A stretch of 64,000 nucleotides of DNA. It comes from Octopus vulgaris (taxonomy: Eukaryota). Location of the stretch: the NCBI GenBank assembly GCA_951406725.2, contig OX597818.1, forward strand, positions 77,252,001-77,316,000, in the 5' to 3' direction. This document shows positions 48,761-63,950 of the stretch, piece after piece (within the stretch, counting starts at the first letter, position 1; each line of letters opens with the position of its first letter). A program made the translations under genes and the position numbers. The notes beneath the pieces were generated by a model, which was not told the origin of the DNA, searched no databases, and saw only the letters and a program-made list of their open reading frames with translations.

Positions 48761-51700
48761 CTGGAAAGAAAGGGAGAGAGAAAAAACAAGACAGAGATAG
48801 AGACAAAGAGAGATCAACAAAGGTTAAATGATTATATCAAAAGTAAGAGACTAATAAAAGGCTCTCTCTGAGTATTATGTATTACAAACAAAATATACAC
48901 TCTGACTATATCTTGATTCATCACATCTCAAAGTCAAGTGGCTGATACTCTTGTCAGCAATATTAGTTTTTTTTTTTTCATTATACATCAAGTTAAATTA
49001 TTTTTGTGGAGATTAATTAATCAACTTATAGACTAAATAGTAAAGTTGATTCCACTAAATTGCACAATGTCCAGGATTGAAATTCTCATGCAATTAACTG
49101 AATTTACATTGCAAGTAGAAATGGAGTATAAAATTTTATGGTTTTGCTACACATAGATGGGTTCTATAATAAAGCACCAAATGTATTTCTTTTTTACTTC
49201 CAGCATGTTTTACATCTTTAAGATTTAACCCTTTAACATTCAAATTATTCTGTCAAATGTAATGCTTATTTATTTACATTGTTTACATTTATTTACATTA
49301 TCTTGTAGCATTAATTGATTGTATATTTTTAGAGTAATATTCTAGGGAGGCATGAGAGCCTGGATCTGATCAGTTTGAATATAAAACTGGTGGAATATTT
49401 GGGCCAGATATGGCTGAATTAAACACTTAAGGGTTAAACATAATTTACTCATGGTACTTGATATTCTTCAATTACCAATTCTAGTCAAATTTATACTAGC
49501 TGACAATAATGATTGCACCTTTTCTATCACCAGTTCAAGCCACATTAGATGGCAATAATGATTACATACTTTTTACATTTTCCACAATGTTAATTGATAT
49601 TCTTCATCAATTATCAATTCTTGCCAGATTTATACTATGACAGTAATGAGATCGCGTAGTTTTTATTACTCCATGTCAACAATTAAGGTGATAAAAATTT
49701 GAAAAAAAATTATTGATTAGGTTTAATCACAAGTTAATATGGTCAGTAGTGTAAACAACAAAACTGTATCCATTCACTGCTTCATTCTAAATTATCTTTC
49801 TGTAAAGCTTATCTAGAAACAAGATTCATCTAGTCAAGGATTTTATTATGCATAACAGCCTCTATCTGCAATCACAGAGATAAAAATTACACTGGAATCT
49901 GAAGTTTGATAGTCTATATTCCATTAAAATGATAAGAATATTTTGAATATTTGTAACACCTTTAACACTGGTTGTTTGTAAGCATGAAGTACTGACTGAC
50001 TGTTATATTAGCTAATTGTGAAAATAGAAGCTTCCAGAATAATTTTATTCACATCAAATCAATGTTTAATTTTATGCTATATTTAACCAACATTCAATTC
50101 ATAATCAGAAATAGAATCGTATGCAATTAACACAAACTAATGTAATTTTTTAATGCAATTAACTGATAAATTCCACATAGATTTGATGGTAAATGGTTCA
50201 GTGGTTTGGAAAGTTATGCAATTAACAGGAGCTGGATTATGCAATTAAGACAAGTCATCTGTAGTTTTCTGTTATGTGTTTTATTGACTCATGTTGTCTC
50301 TTAGATGTATTGGCATCGTCTTTCCTTTGACCCAGGAGACCTAATAAGTGAAGCTCTTCGGTAACTGCAAGGCCTACTCAATGAAGCTTATTATGGCTAA
50401 GGCCATCAGCATCAGCTTAACTACCAATGAATTCCTCTGTAGAGGTAAACTGTAGCTTCAGTTTGAATATTCAGACCAAAGACTAAGGCACATGCCACTC
50501 CTCTTTCCATCAAAAAGTAGCAGGGGACAGCACAAAGGACATTAAGACTTTGAGGAGATGCCATCAAATGAGATAATTATATGTACTAACTGGTGATTAG
50601 TGTTGCTGCCTAAGTTGCATTGCCAAAAACGACAGACATGTGACATTACTGGTTCCAGAGTGATCAACCTTTTAGCATTTAAACAGGCCATATCTGGCCC
50701 AAATATTCTACCTGTTTTAAGTTCAAATCAACCAGATCTGACCTCTCAGACCTACCTACAATGTTGTTTTAAATATAAACAATCATATTATTGAAATCTT
50801 GAAGCTTCAAGATAATGGTATTTATATTTAAAACAATGTTAGTAAATGAGTATCACATTTGACAGAGTAATCTGAATGCTGAAGGGTTAAAGCAAATGAA
50901 TTTTAGTAGCCCTCGCAAATAATATTGACAAGACATAGGAGTCAGTAAGGTAATTACTAAGAAAATAAAAAGTAGGATCTGAAGAAATTAGCAGTGGTCT
51001 GCATTAGGAATTAGGAAATATATACAGCTAAGAAGTGGAATAATTTGATTTAATGTGGGGAAGGAAGACAAATCTAACAGGTAGAGCAATATGTTGGAGA
51101 AATAGGTTATCTGATGATACAGAATGAATAGAATGGGAGTTGTGAGAAATAGAGAGAATAATAAAAAATAGTGAAGAATAAAGGAGTGGGAAGTTTAGGA
51201 GATTAAATGTGTATTGATAGGGGTGATAATCAATAAAACAGCCCACTGCCAGAACAGCTGAGATAATTTCTCTGTTTTGACCAGTCAGAATGGGTTGATA
51301 ATCAACAAGAATATTGGCAAATTTGAAAAGCATGAGGTGAATGGAGGGAAGGGATAAAAATGAATAAAAGGAAATACATCTAGATGATCAACAAGAGTTC
51401 AGGAAAAAGTGTGGGAGAAGAATGAGTTAAGGATGGAAGAAGAGAAAATAATTCAACAAAAGTTGACATGTTAAAGGAAAAGAGGTTGATCAGGAGAACG
51501 AGATGCATTCATTAATGCCTACAAGTAAGGAAGTTTCTGAAGGAGAGATGAAGTAATTTTCTTAGTGATTACAGATATAGGGTGAGCTATATTGAGAGGT
51601 TATTCCACAAGTTGAGAGGTGATCCAAGGAGTAGCATGTTGGATTTAGATGTCTAGCTAAAGTTTTACAGAGTGATTGGATGCTATTGTGAACACTAAAG

Positions 51701-53195
51701 AAGTGCTTGCAGAAGTGATCAGCTAGATGATAGTCAGTTTACAGGTGAAGTAGTAAATAAGGTTGGTAGAGGTATAGTCACTCTGATGATTTGCGATTAA
51801 GTTTAGAGGCCAGTTATGAATGTATTACTGGAGATAAAGGAAAAATTGTAGAATAAAAATCTGAAGCATTGGAAGATGTCAGAATTTTCTGGGGAGGGGA
51901 GGGGGGGTTCTGACCAACAGGTTGCTCTAATTTTAGTCTGTTTTCAAACAAAGAGGACTGAGAAATATAGAAGCAGTTTGAGGATCAGAGAAAAGAAAGT
52001 AAAAGTTCACCAAGCCACTCCTTGGACCAGTGAAACTTTACCAAGCCAGTCCTTAGCTTCTCAGTCTGCAGAGACACTTCATACCTACAAGCATAGAGAA
52101 AATAACCTTGTCTTTATTCTAGGTACTTTCTTACTTGCAGACATTAATAAATACCTATCATTCTTCTAGTTAACCTCCTCCTCTTTGACATATTTGCACT
52201 TTGGCAACTACTAAAATACACTTTATTCTTCCCTTCATCAGACTCTAATTTCCACCATTCAGTATTTTGCAAATTTGCGATGTTCTCTTCTTGGTTTTCA
52301 AATATTTGCAACATTTTTACTGATCATCATCTAGTTTCTAAATGTTATACTTAATCTAATCTAATAACCCCACCTGGTCCCAAGGTGCCTTTAGCAAAGT
52401 CCACACTTTTGCAAGTATTTAGATCATACTTCCTGTCTGAATGAAACTTATTCCTTCCCTGCCATCAGCTTTGACAGCCCTGAAAAAGGTTAATTGGTAT
52501 TTTCCTTCTGCCACTGACTGGCTAAGCCATTAAAAACAGGCGTGTTCTGTTCTCTTGATTTTTACCTCATTCCTTTATTTTTAAATATGCCAGCATTCTT
52601 GTTAATTATCTCCCTTCTCTGACCACTGTCTAACACATTTCTTTACATTTCCCTCCTTAACAGTTAAGCATTTAACCTGGCCACATCTGGCCAAAATATT
52701 CTACGTGTTCTATGTTCAAACTGGCCAGATCCAGCCTCTCACACCTACCCAATAATGTAATTCTAAAAATCAACAATCACATCATTGAAATCTCATAGCT
52801 ATAAGAAAATGCATGATTAATTCAGAACAATGTGAATAAATAAACATTGCATTTGACAGAGTAATCTAAATGCTGAAAGGTTAATTTTCTCTCTTTCAAG
52901 CTTTTCATTCAATACTAACAGATAACAACTCTCTGATGAAGAATTCTACCTGAGATGTTAGTCTCTTCTTTAGTCTCACAACAAACCAGTTTATTTCACT
53001 TCTGAACTGTTTATACATCACTGAGTTATATAGTAAAGAGGGCTACTACGCACTAATAAATGAAAATTCTGTTTCTATTTTCATTGCCCTATTCTCAGCA
53101 AACTTGATTTAAAGTACTTCTCAAATGAACTATCTATCAGAACCTCAGTACTATGATTACATAACCTACTACATAAATTACTCTGTGTAACAAAA

Positions 53196-53198
<3 letters not shown>

Positions 53199-53241
<43 letters not shown>
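53199..53241. repeat. (TTA)n microsatellite
   Basis: Direct reading. Confidence 0.95.
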
Positions 53242-53242
<1 letters not shown>

Positions 53243-53847
53243 TTGTCTTTAGTCAGTAAGTGTTATTTTCTATTTGCTTTTATCTAGAAATCAAAGGAAA
53301 TGACAACTATTCTCTTCAAATTTTGCTTTTGTGACCTGGACATCAATGTTTTGAAACTGACGTATTTTCCATTACATTTCAGACAGATTCAACAAGTATT
53401 CTGCTCAATACCACATATTTGCCTGTTAGTTGCTTGAACTTTTTCTGCATGACCCTTAGTTGCTGACAATATGTGCATCTCTGAACATGAGCAGGAGTAA
53501 TAGGAGAGCATCATAGCCATATGTTGAGAGGGATTTTTTGGAATTTAAATAAATGTAACAAAAGCAAAGTTTGAAGGAAATATTTGCCATTTTTCATACT
53601 TTCTAGGGGTAAGCAAATAGGAAATAACAGTCACTACCCAAGGACAAAAATCATGTTACACAGTGTTATTTGTCAGTACTCCAATATCTTAACTACTATA
53701 CTCCTGCAATACCCCCCTAATTAATGTACTCCTGAACTGACCAACATGTTCTACTACTACTACTACCACCTTAACAATCTGAGTACTTTAATCATTATCA
53801 CAAAACAGAAAAGCCAAAAAGACAAAACAAAAATGTCATTATTATAC

Positions 53848-53926
53848 CTAAGAAACATTCCAACGGCATAAGTGAAGAGAAAAGCATAATCCAAACTTCC
53901 CAGCAGTGTTTTATAATCGGGTTCAT
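53848..53926 (-). CDS. SLC37A2: SLC37 exon (DEPDYKTLLGSLDYAFLFTYAVGMFLS)
   Basis: caacAG / GTataa, 79 nt, phase 1 to 2. Matches SLC37A2 YKELLGGVDNAFLIAYAIGMFIS. Confidence 0.93.
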
Positions 53927-54237
53927 CTGTTGAAAGATCAAAGTATAATTCTTAATAACAAAAGATGAATATTGAGTCAAAGAACTTGACTCCAGAATTA
54001 TTTATATTGTAACATTAACATTTTACTATTGATTACCAACACTCACACAATCCTTTCTCATAGTATTAATATGCATAGGCACAAGCATGGCTGTGTGGTA
54101 AGAAGCTTGTTCCCCAACAACATGCTTCTAAGTTCAGTTCCAATATGTAGCACTTTGGGCAAGCATCTTCTAGTATAATCTTGGGCTGACCAAAGCATTG
54201 AGTGAATTTGGTACACAGAAACTGAAAAAAGCCTATC

Positions 54238-54284
<47 letters not shown>

Positions 54285-54289
54285 TACAT

Positions 54290-54940
54290 ATATGAAGCGG
54301 TTCAATGTTGTCCATCATACAACATTGGATGTGGCGAATATCATGTGCAGTTAAAATAGAACGATGACCAGGACGATGTTTATTGCTTAGTCATCCAGTA
54401 GCTTTGTACTTCTGAATTATTTTGGTAACTGTGTTTATGCTAATATGTATTTGTTAGCTAATTAACTTGTATTCTAAACCATTCTTGTGCAAATTAAAAA
54501 TAAATTTCTTCAAATCTTCAGACAATTCTTTTCCTTTTGATGCCATTTTAATCACAATGAAGAAGATTTTTTTACCATGGTACACAAATCAGAATTCCTG
54601 CAGATGCAATAGCAATGACTAGTGCAAAAATGCCAGGACAGATAATTCCTTAGAATTGAAATTATCAGCAATATCTTAATTTAGTAAAAAAAAAAGGTGG
54701 GTAAAAGATTGACTGTAGCAAATTTCCTTTAGGGTGTACATATTTTTGTATTGTTTGAAAATTAATATTTCAATCTTATCTTTGAAAATGTTTATTGTTT
54801 TGTGTTCCAAATTTGTATAATGTTTGCATGTATAATATATTTTATTCAGTATAAATTTCGTTTGATTTCCTTCGATATTATCAGAGAAATGGTAACTTTA
54901 CTGAAATTTTTTGGGGTGTACATACTTCTATGAGATACTG
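54290..54940 (-). mobile_element. 5' half of a Tc1 transposon with IR/DR-type long TIR
   Basis: End ta-cagtatctcatagaagtatgtacacccc, inner repeat tatgtacaccc at ~54732-54742. From ATG 54546 the frame reads MASKGKELSEDLKKFIFNLHKNG...TVTKIIQKY...HRPG (paired HTH) with stops. Confidence 0.82.
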
Positions 54941-55468
54941 TATATATACATACACAACAGGCTTTTTTCAATTTCTGACTACCAAATCTACTTACAAGGC
55001 TTTGGTCAACCCATGGCTATAATAGATACTTGCCCAAGATGCAGTGCAGTGGGACTGAACCTGGAATCATGTGGTCAGGAAGCAAATTTAGTACACAGCC
55101 ATAGATTTATTATACTGTTACTTTTGAAAAACATTATTTTATACTTGAAATTCTTGAAGCATAGAACAAACTATCCAAGCCAGTTGTTAGCTGTCAGGAC
55201 ACTGCATCCTTCAAAAATTCCATGCTTTCTGAAGTACACCAACACCATTCCTGACATGTCTGTGCAACTCTTTCCTCTTTATGACTCTTTAACTGTTCAC
55301 TTTTCTGTCTTTTTGTTTTATTGTGTACTGCGCATGTAATTTTGGCTTTCATTGCTGTCTTTCTTTACTTATTGCTACTTTCTGTCCTCTCTTTTTACCT
55401 TTTCCAACAAGTTGTAGCATATCTGTGTACTGTATACAATAAGTGCATCATCATCATCATCATTATTA

Positions 55469-55872
55469 TCTCTATATCTATAAACAGCAAAATGTCTGTG
55501 TATCTGTGTGTCCTCTATACAAATCCACAGTTTTTCACGTAAAAGCCTCTCAATTTCTATGGGCTTTCAAAACTGTTGGAGGGTGGTCGTGAAGATTTTT
55601 TCATTTCCCCAGTCACCCCAGAAAGCCATTAAAAAAATCGATAAACTGATCCCTTATGCCCATAAGTTATGGGCATATGGGCACTGCCGAAGTCCAATGA
55701 ATATTAATTACTCTCATAAAAAGGTCCAACTAACTCATAAACAACAAAACTGGCCTGGGCTGAAATGTGATAAGAAACTTAGCTCTTGATTTAGTGAGAA
55801 ATTTTTACAGTGGCCCGGCAATGAACAACAAGCACTAGCATTAGACCTGGCAATACTGGGTCATAGTGCTAG
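55469..55872 (+). mobile_element. Non-autonomous Helitron-like element
   Basis: a|TC(TC)TATATCTATAAA start, 3' hairpin gacctgg-caata-ctgggtc, then CTAG|t; no target duplication. Confidence 0.7.
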
Positions 55873-56710
55873 TTATTACTATTCAAATTCTGCCGATGTC
55901 TACTCTGCTTCTCATTCTTTTGGGGTTGATGAAATAAGTATCAGTTCAGCCCTGGTGTCAATGTAATTGACATTTCTGGTCTTGTGGCTAAATCAGAAGC
56001 TATTATTTATTTATTTATTTTTTAAAATTGTGTAGTTGGATACTTCTGGTGTCATGCAGACCAAATCAAAGTTTTGCCTCACAAAAACAATATTTCAACT
56101 CCTTTCTATGTTGCCAAGGATTCTACATCTTAACCATACACCTATGATGACCCTTAGTCTTTTTTTTTTTAAAGGTGGATCTAATTTTATTACCACAGTT
56201 TATATTCAATTTGATGTCCAACAACATGGTCAGATTCTTTATTGTTGTTATTTAACGTTACATTAGATTTGTGAATGAAGTTGTTTAGGCAATGACCACA
56301 TTGATGCTGTTTAGCTCCAGGGTCCACTCTGATCCAAGAGAACCATGATTAAAGGTGTTCTAGCATGATCATATTATTTAGTCTAAGGTCAGCTCTGGCT
56401 GAACAAATCTATGATCAAACCTGTTCCAGCTATGACCATTCTGTTTAGTCCAAGGTCAGACTTGACTGATCAGATCTATGAATCAAAGCTGTTCCAGCCA
56501 AGAATGTTCTATATGTATTTTTTCCCTTCCAAACGTTATATGTATAGGAATACATTATCCAAGGTGTTCTTCCTTTTCTTAAGATGGCAGATGTAATAAT
56601 AGGAAGATTTGGCTGTTATTTCCTGAAATTCAGGTGGCCCTGTAGAAAGGTTCTGCTAAAAATATGTGAATGTATTTATGTTTGTGTGTATGTACAAACA
56701 CACACAAACA

Positions 56711-56746
<36 letters not shown>

Positions 56747-59079
56747 TATATAAAAAGAAATAACTATTATTCAAAAAGCTGGCAAGTATTAAAAATGAAT
56801 TGCATACATTTTTTCAATAGAAAATTGATTCTTAATAAATACATTTTATTATGCTTAAAACAGGAGCAATTGATTATTTTGATTGTTCAAAAACATATCA
56901 CTAGATATAATTCTGCTCAAAATGTTTGAAGTTTAATTTTAAAACTAACATTACAGATGGCATCATATTAATATTTTTATACCACTACCATTACCATTAC
57001 CACCATTGTCGCCACCCAGAAGACTTTAGTTAGCCCAGGGCTATAGTTGAAGATAAAATACTTGGCCAAGATACCATACAGTGAGATTGAACTTGAACCA
57101 CATTATAGTGAAATGAGCTTCTTAACTGCACAGGTATGCCTTGTCATCTGATCAACAAATTCTTTTACACGTCAGGAAAGGGAAAAACTAAAAGTTTGCT
57201 TAAGTTTATAAATTTTATCAATCTCATATCATATCTTTTATCTTTTATTTGTCTCAGTCATTAGACAGTGGCCATGCTGGGACACCACCTTGAAGAATTA
57301 TTAGTTGAATGAACTGACTGGCAGCACATATTTTTTTAAAGCCTGGTACTTATTCTATCAGTCTCTTTTGATGATCTGCACTAAGTTGCAGGGATGTTGT
57401 CAAATGGTGGTTGGGGACAAACACAGGCACAAAGACACACACACACACACACACACATGCATACAAACACACACGCATACACACACAACAGGCTTCTTCC
57501 AGTTTTTGTCTACTAAATCCACTCTCAAGGCTATAGTAGAAGACACTTGCCCAAGGACTCATTCAGTGGGACTGAACCCAGAACCATGTGGTTAGGAAGC
57601 AAGTTTCTTACCACACAGCCATACCTATTATTTTAATTCTCAGTCTGAAGAATTACTAATAGGAGATGCCCTATAGGTTTTTCAACTTGTATACCTCTGT
57701 AAATCCTGTAAAGTAATGAAACATGTAATGGGGGAATAAAAATTACCAAAATACCAGTCTTCTGTGCGTGTGTGTGTGCATGCACACACACACACATAAA
57801 AACTAGATTCTTCTAGTATAAGATAATATTTCTTGTAATTTATTAAGCTTACTTTTAGGACAAAATTATTTTTAGACTGACGTGTGATTTATTTTTACAT
57901 ACTAATATAGATAAGTTAAATATTGGTATCAGAAAATTTTCGTTGGGAAAAAGTACTCCCTTCTAAGTACAAAGTTGTAGTTTATTATCAAGGAAACTGC
58001 TGAACAGTAACACAAAAAAAATCGATAAACTGAATGGTTCTCTTCTAAGTTAGTCTTCTCAATTCCTTTCATTCTTTCAACAGAGATTTAAAAGATTATA
58101 ACTAAAACTTAACTTACCAGCTGACTGCTTCACATTAGCAACACAAATTTTATAAACACATTTGTATTGATCTGTCTACCATCATAATTCAAGTGACTAT
58201 GTTTTAATTAATCATGTTAATTCACCTTAACTGAACACAAAAAAAGGGCCATGGAAGCGAAGTGAAACAAACTAACAATCACACAAATAGTGATACTCCA
58301 GCATGGCCTCAGTCTCTGGCTGAAACAAGTAAAAGTAAAAATCTGTGTTTAATCTTTTACTACTTGTTTCAGTCATTGGACTTTGGCCATGCTGGATCAA
58401 CTTCAGTACTTGTTTTTAAGTCTGGTACTTATTCTATCAGTCTCTTAGGCTGAATGCTGATCTATGGGGACATAAATAAACCAACACCACTGGTTTTCAA
58501 GCAGTGTGGAGAGAAAACAAACACAGGTGCAGATACACATACACACACTGAATATGCTTTCTACCTATCAAATTCACTCATAAAGTAATGGTTGACTTGG
58601 GGCTGTAATAGAAGATATTTGGTGAAGGTGCCATGAGGCAGGACTGAACCTGAAACCACATAGCTGCAAAGCAGGTTTTTTAACCACACAGTCATGTAAC
58701 AAAGAACCTTTTGTACTAGTGAGAGGAAGGAAGGTAGTTATCCTCAAACCAAAGACCTGAACTGAATGCTTATAGCAAAGAGGGCTCCACAAAAGGTACC
58801 CATGGTGCCAAGTGGTGGTGCTAGACCATGTGATAGGTTAAATCTACCAGCCAAAACTGCTCTCTTAGAAGTTATATAACTCTTCTTAATTAGTTAATGT
58901 TCTCTTTACTTCAAGCCCTACCATCAACAATTCCCTTTTATTTCCATATGAAATATTTTTTGTTCTTGAAGTCAACGATTCAATTAGATTTCATGTGTAG
59001 TCAGTGCATGCATGCCTATACATGCACACAGAGGAAAAAAACACTCTTTCAAGAAGATGGAATAATGCAACAGTGAACT

Positions 59080-59600
59080 TTCTCTAGTCATCACTATCTT
59101 CATTAATCATCGCTATCTTAGTCGATCACTACTACCCTTTGCAACCATCACTATCTTTTTCAGTTATCACAATCTATCCTCAGTCATTAGTACTTTCCTT
59201 AATCTCCACTACTTTCCCCAGTCTCTGCTACCTTCAATAGTCATCAGTTTTAATTATCATCAGCCAACACTAACTTCCTTAGTCATCACTTATTGCTACC
59301 TTCCTGTATTATCAATGTCTTCATAAATCATTAGTCTCCATCAGTCATCATTATCAACCTTTATCATTGCCAACTTCCTCAGTTATCACTACTTTGATCA
59401 ATCAGTACTACCATCATTAGTCATCCTTATATCTTCCTCACTCATCACTGTCTCCATGAGTCATACCTACCATCACCAACTGTTATTACTGTCTTACTTA
59501 GTCATCACTGCCTCCATTAATCATCACTATCATCATCAGTTATCACCACCTTACTTAATTATTACTATCTCCATGAACCATTCCTATCTACATCAATCGT
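59080..59600. repeat. Degenerate low-complexity minisatellite (agtcatcactatc-like, ~20-bp units)
   Basis: tcatcact / ttagtcatc motifs recur. Confidence 0.65.
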
Positions 59601-60864
59601 TGTTATGATCTTCAGTTCTTTTGTTATTAAATCAATTTCTGTTGTAACAAATTGTTCTGTCCAGATTTTAAATGCTGCAGTGATGCCCCATTAATCTCTC
59701 TCTCTCAGAGTTGTTAACCATTAAAACATGCAATCAGCAATTAATTAGCCAGTAATGGCTATCTAACTGATCACTATCTAGTTTTTGTTGTCTCATAAAT
59801 TCCCCATCTCTCTGATGACCTCTAAACTAGGGACCACAGAAATGTAGCCCTTAGGCTGTACATGGCCCATGGAATTAAATGTCACCAGTGACTGCTCAGA
59901 TATAAACCCTTCATTGTTAACATTGTACTGTCACTACCAGTGACTGAGATCAGAATGTGTTTGTTTCACATTTCTCATACATGCATACAGAGCGTACAAG
60001 GCTGTTCTATGAACAGAAAGTTTGACTTTTGTCGATATTACTATAGTCAATATTTTCCTGGGAACATGACAGTACATGCTGCATTCAGTGAGCATCTGTA
60101 GCAGAGGCTACAAAATTTGCATCAGTTTAAGTATTAAAAAAAGATACCATTTTTTCCAATTCTTCATCTTAATAATGATTTCTCTTTTCTTTTCCTTGTT
60201 TGAGTCATCAGACTGCAGCATGCAAATTTTACAAGGTAATAGTATCAGACCCCATGAGTGTCAGTGTAATTTTTTTTTTTCATTTGGATTAAAACAATAT
60301 AAGTGGTACTGGTTAGGTATTATGTCTCAAAAGTGAAAGAATTCTAGTTGAACAAATCAACCCCAGGACTTTTTTTTCTAAGCCTGTTACTTATTCTATT
60401 GGTCTCTTTAGTTGAACCACAAAGTTATGGAGGATGTAAACACACCAACACCAGTTGTCAGGCAGTGGTAGGGATAAACACAGATGCAAAGACACACATA
60501 CATATACACACACAAATTATATGACAGGCTTCAAGTTTTTTACAGTTTCTGTCACTCACAAGGCTTTGGTTGGCCTGAGGTTATAATGGAAGACATTTGC
60601 CCAAGAAGCCACACTGTGAGATTGAACCTGGAGCCATGTGACTAGGAAGCAAACTTCTTACCACACAGCCAGTCTGTGTCTATAATCACTCAAAAAAAAA
60701 AACCTACAGAATTATATATATGTATATGAATATTATGTTATTAATCATCTATCTTTTACCTGTTTCAGTCATTGGACTGTGGTCATGCTGGGGCACTGTC
60801 TTGAAGGGTTTAGTCAATCAAATCAACTCTAGTACTTGTTTTTAAGTCTGTTACTTTATTGGTC

Positions 60865-61256
60865 TCTTGGATCTTTTCGGTTTGAACGGCAGTTTTTAAC
60901 ATAATTTCTAGGTAACTAAAAAAATTTAAACTTCGTATACTGGTAGAATGTGTTTATAAAACATCTTTTTCTCTTGGCTTTATTGAGAAAATTCTATAGT
61001 TTGTAAGATACTTGGTCTTTAATTTCTTGCATTTCGGCAATTTCAACCAATCAATGACCGTCTATTGAGGTGAAAACATTCTGTGCCGTATGAATATGTC
61101 CCTCATTTAAGAAACACATTGGGTTTATTTACATTTGTGAAGAAAAAACGATACCCTTCCCCCACCCCTAACCCTAACTAAATCTAAAATAGATTGAAAT
61201 GCAATAGATCGATACTAGGGTCATAATTATGGGTGACAATTTCATATGACACCGCT
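60865..61256 (+). mobile_element. Interspersed repeat, possibly Helentron/HINE-like (related reversed copy ~32470-32714)
   Basis: Shared gtaactaaa..aaacttcg..actggta..aaaacatctttt.ctctt block, internal ccctaaccctaac, and terminal hairpin gggtgaca..tgacacc. Confidence 0.5.
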
Positions 61257-61989
61257 ATCATTAAGACAGATACACAAGATATGAAAGTCAAACTTCTTAC
61301 TGTTTCGCCAATCCACCATCCAAGGTTGGTACATTTTTAGTCACTCCAAAAGGATGAGAGGCAAAGTTGACCTTGATAAGATTTGAACTCAGAGGAGTTT
61401 TAAATTACTGTGAGGCATTCAATCTGATGCTTTAATGACTTGACCAGTTAACCATCTCAAGCTAGTTTGCTGCCTCGAGCCAGCTTGTTGCCTTAAACCA
61501 ATTCGTTGCCTTAAACCAATTAGCTGATCAGTTGTTTCATACCAACAGACTGCCTTAAGCCAATTAAAGCAATTTGCTGCCTTAAGCAGATTCAGTGCCT
61601 GAAATCAATCAACTAGTGTTAAGTTAACATTTACACTAGCCATGTTTGGCCCAAATATTCTACCTGTTTTATGCTAAACTGGTCAGATATGGCCTATCAC
61701 ACCTACCTTACAATGCCATTCTAGAAATAAATAATGCTATCATTGAAATCTTGAAGAGTTAAGCTGATTCATTGCCTTAAGCCAATCCACTGCCTTAAAC
61801 CAATTTTCTGCCTTAACCCATTTTTACATACAAAAACTGAGATATAAGACAATTTTAGAATCTGTTCAAAGAGAAAAGGACAACCTATAAAACATTTGCA
61901 ATCCATGTAGACTAATGAGGTTGAGGGATTAAAATAAAATTTTCTGATTTTTTTCTTTTGATAACAGTTACATTAATTGAAAAACTTAC

Positions 61990-62038
61990 CAAATGGAGCC
62001 CAGCCTGATGAATTTGATGAATTGTGATGGAGAACGTT
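61990..62038 (-). CDS. SLC37A2: SLC37A1/A2-type sugar-phosphate exchanger, first exon visible in window (NVLHHNSSNSSGWAPF)
   Basis: ttgcAG acceptor, GTaagt donor, 49 nt, phase 0 to 1. WAPF(D) matches the first luminal loop of SLC37A1/2. Upstream exons were not found in the window. Confidence 0.85.
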
Positions 62039-63451
62039 CTGCAAATTAAATTATATATTTTCAGTTGTAATATTTGGATTATAGAATATGAACTAATACA
62101 ATAACTGATAGTGTTTTCTATGTTTTGATTTGTGTTCCTTTGTCAAACATCTTCAATCAGACAGAATAAGAGTTTACCCTTATCCTCCCCAAAAAACTTT
62201 AAATTATCCCAAACAAAAAATAAAGTAAATAAAAGTTATTGCAATCACTACAGGTACAGGTGTGGCTGTGTGGTTGAGGAGTTAGCTTCCCAACCACATG
62301 GTTTTAGGTTCAGTCCCAATGCATGGCACCTTGAACAAGTGTCTTCTACTATACCTCAGACCAACCAGAGCCTTGTGAGTGGATTATGTAGATGGAAACT
62401 GAAAAAAGCCCATCACATGTATGTATGATTGTGTCTTCTCATCTTGACATTGTATAATAGTTGTAAATAAATGCCACTGTCATACAAACTGTGTTAAACA
62501 TTCCCAATATTTTGCAAAATCTTTTCTGTCCATGGAAAAACATTACCTTACTTGGACACTGATGGGGGTTAGTGACAAGAAAGGCATCCCAGTATACAAA
62601 ATGTGCCTCAATAATCTGTCAGGTCCATGCAAGTATGGACAAGTGAACTTTACAACAACATTGATGGTGATGTTAACTCTTAAACACTCAAGGACAGTAA
62701 TTACTTAGCCAGTAGTGGCTACTTAATTGACCAATAACTACATTTATTGGGTTACCATATGGATTTTCTACCAATTCCTTTTCTGCAATGGAACATAGTC
62801 CCTTCCATAATGGCAGTAGAATCTATGCTAGGTTTACTTTGAGGTGATTTTGCTTCCAGGCTTGGCATTTCCTCTCAAATCCTCAATAATTTCAGTTGTG
62901 AGAACTAGGTCATCAACATACAGGAATTCCTAGACCATTGGTCTAAACACTTTTGATACCAACCTGTCCAAGACTGCATCTAGTTCTATGATACACACTT
63001 CGTGTTTTTAAGTGATCTAAGTTAAATTCTTTCATCAAAATTTCATGTTAAGTTCCATAATGGCAAAGTTATTTTGATAAATTTTTCATTATTTTCAAAA
63101 TTAAAGGAAGCTAAGACAGCGTATTTCAAGAGAAATATGGTTACAAAAGGGTGAAAGTCTCATGTTATGGACTGGAAACATAGGGAGTGGGTAAGAACTG
63201 GTAGACAGCAACCTGCAAGCTAGATTTCACACTGATCTTGTTAATTCACACCTGTACATGACTTGCTCGGCTGGAACATGCCATTCAACTAGCCCTGGTT
63301 TCTTTAGCAATCACCCAACTACTGAGTATGGGACTTTGCCAAAAGCCTTTTCTGGACCAACAAATGAAAAGCAAAGCGGCATACTCCTAGGTAAGTTCTT
63401 CTGAAATTATCTGATTAGGTAGGAAGACAGCATTAGTGGTACCTCATCCTT

Positions 63452-63495
<44 letters not shown>

Positions 63496-63699
63496 TACAT
63501 CACATCTCTTTACTTTTTCTGTTACATTCATAATATCGTCTGTCAATTTTTATGCCTCAGTAATTTCCTTTCTAATGCATCTCTTTTGTTCACAGTTCAC
63601 AATCATGCAACTTCATCAGACAGTGTACTATGTGATTTATGTCAATGACTTATGTTACCACCACATAAGTGAGGTATGAATGTATCGGGGAATGTAGGT

Positions 63700-63950
63700 T
63701 ATTGAGCTTGTAAGGATCATAAAACAGTGACATTTGAAATTGTGTATTGTGTATGTAAGGATCATAGAAAAATGACATTTGACTGTGGGGCATGACTTAT
63801 TGGAGAATGTAGTTTATTGAATATGGAAGAAGCATTAAAACAGCAAAATGTGATCCTATTGGATAATGTAGGTTACTGTGTATGGAAGGATCATTAAGAC
63901 AGCAAGGTGTGTATTGGGTATGTAAGAATCATAAAACAGTGACATAAAAT
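63700..63950. repeat. Degenerate minisatellite (gtaaggatcataaaacagtgacattt-like units)
   Basis: The motif recurs about five times with 45-75 bp spacing. Confidence 0.65.

Noticed and set aside
52928-52966. CTGATGA...GAGA hammerhead-like string (similar weak hits ~32167 and ~59812)
   Set aside because: GAAA or the stems are missing or poorly paired, so it cannot be distinguished from chance.
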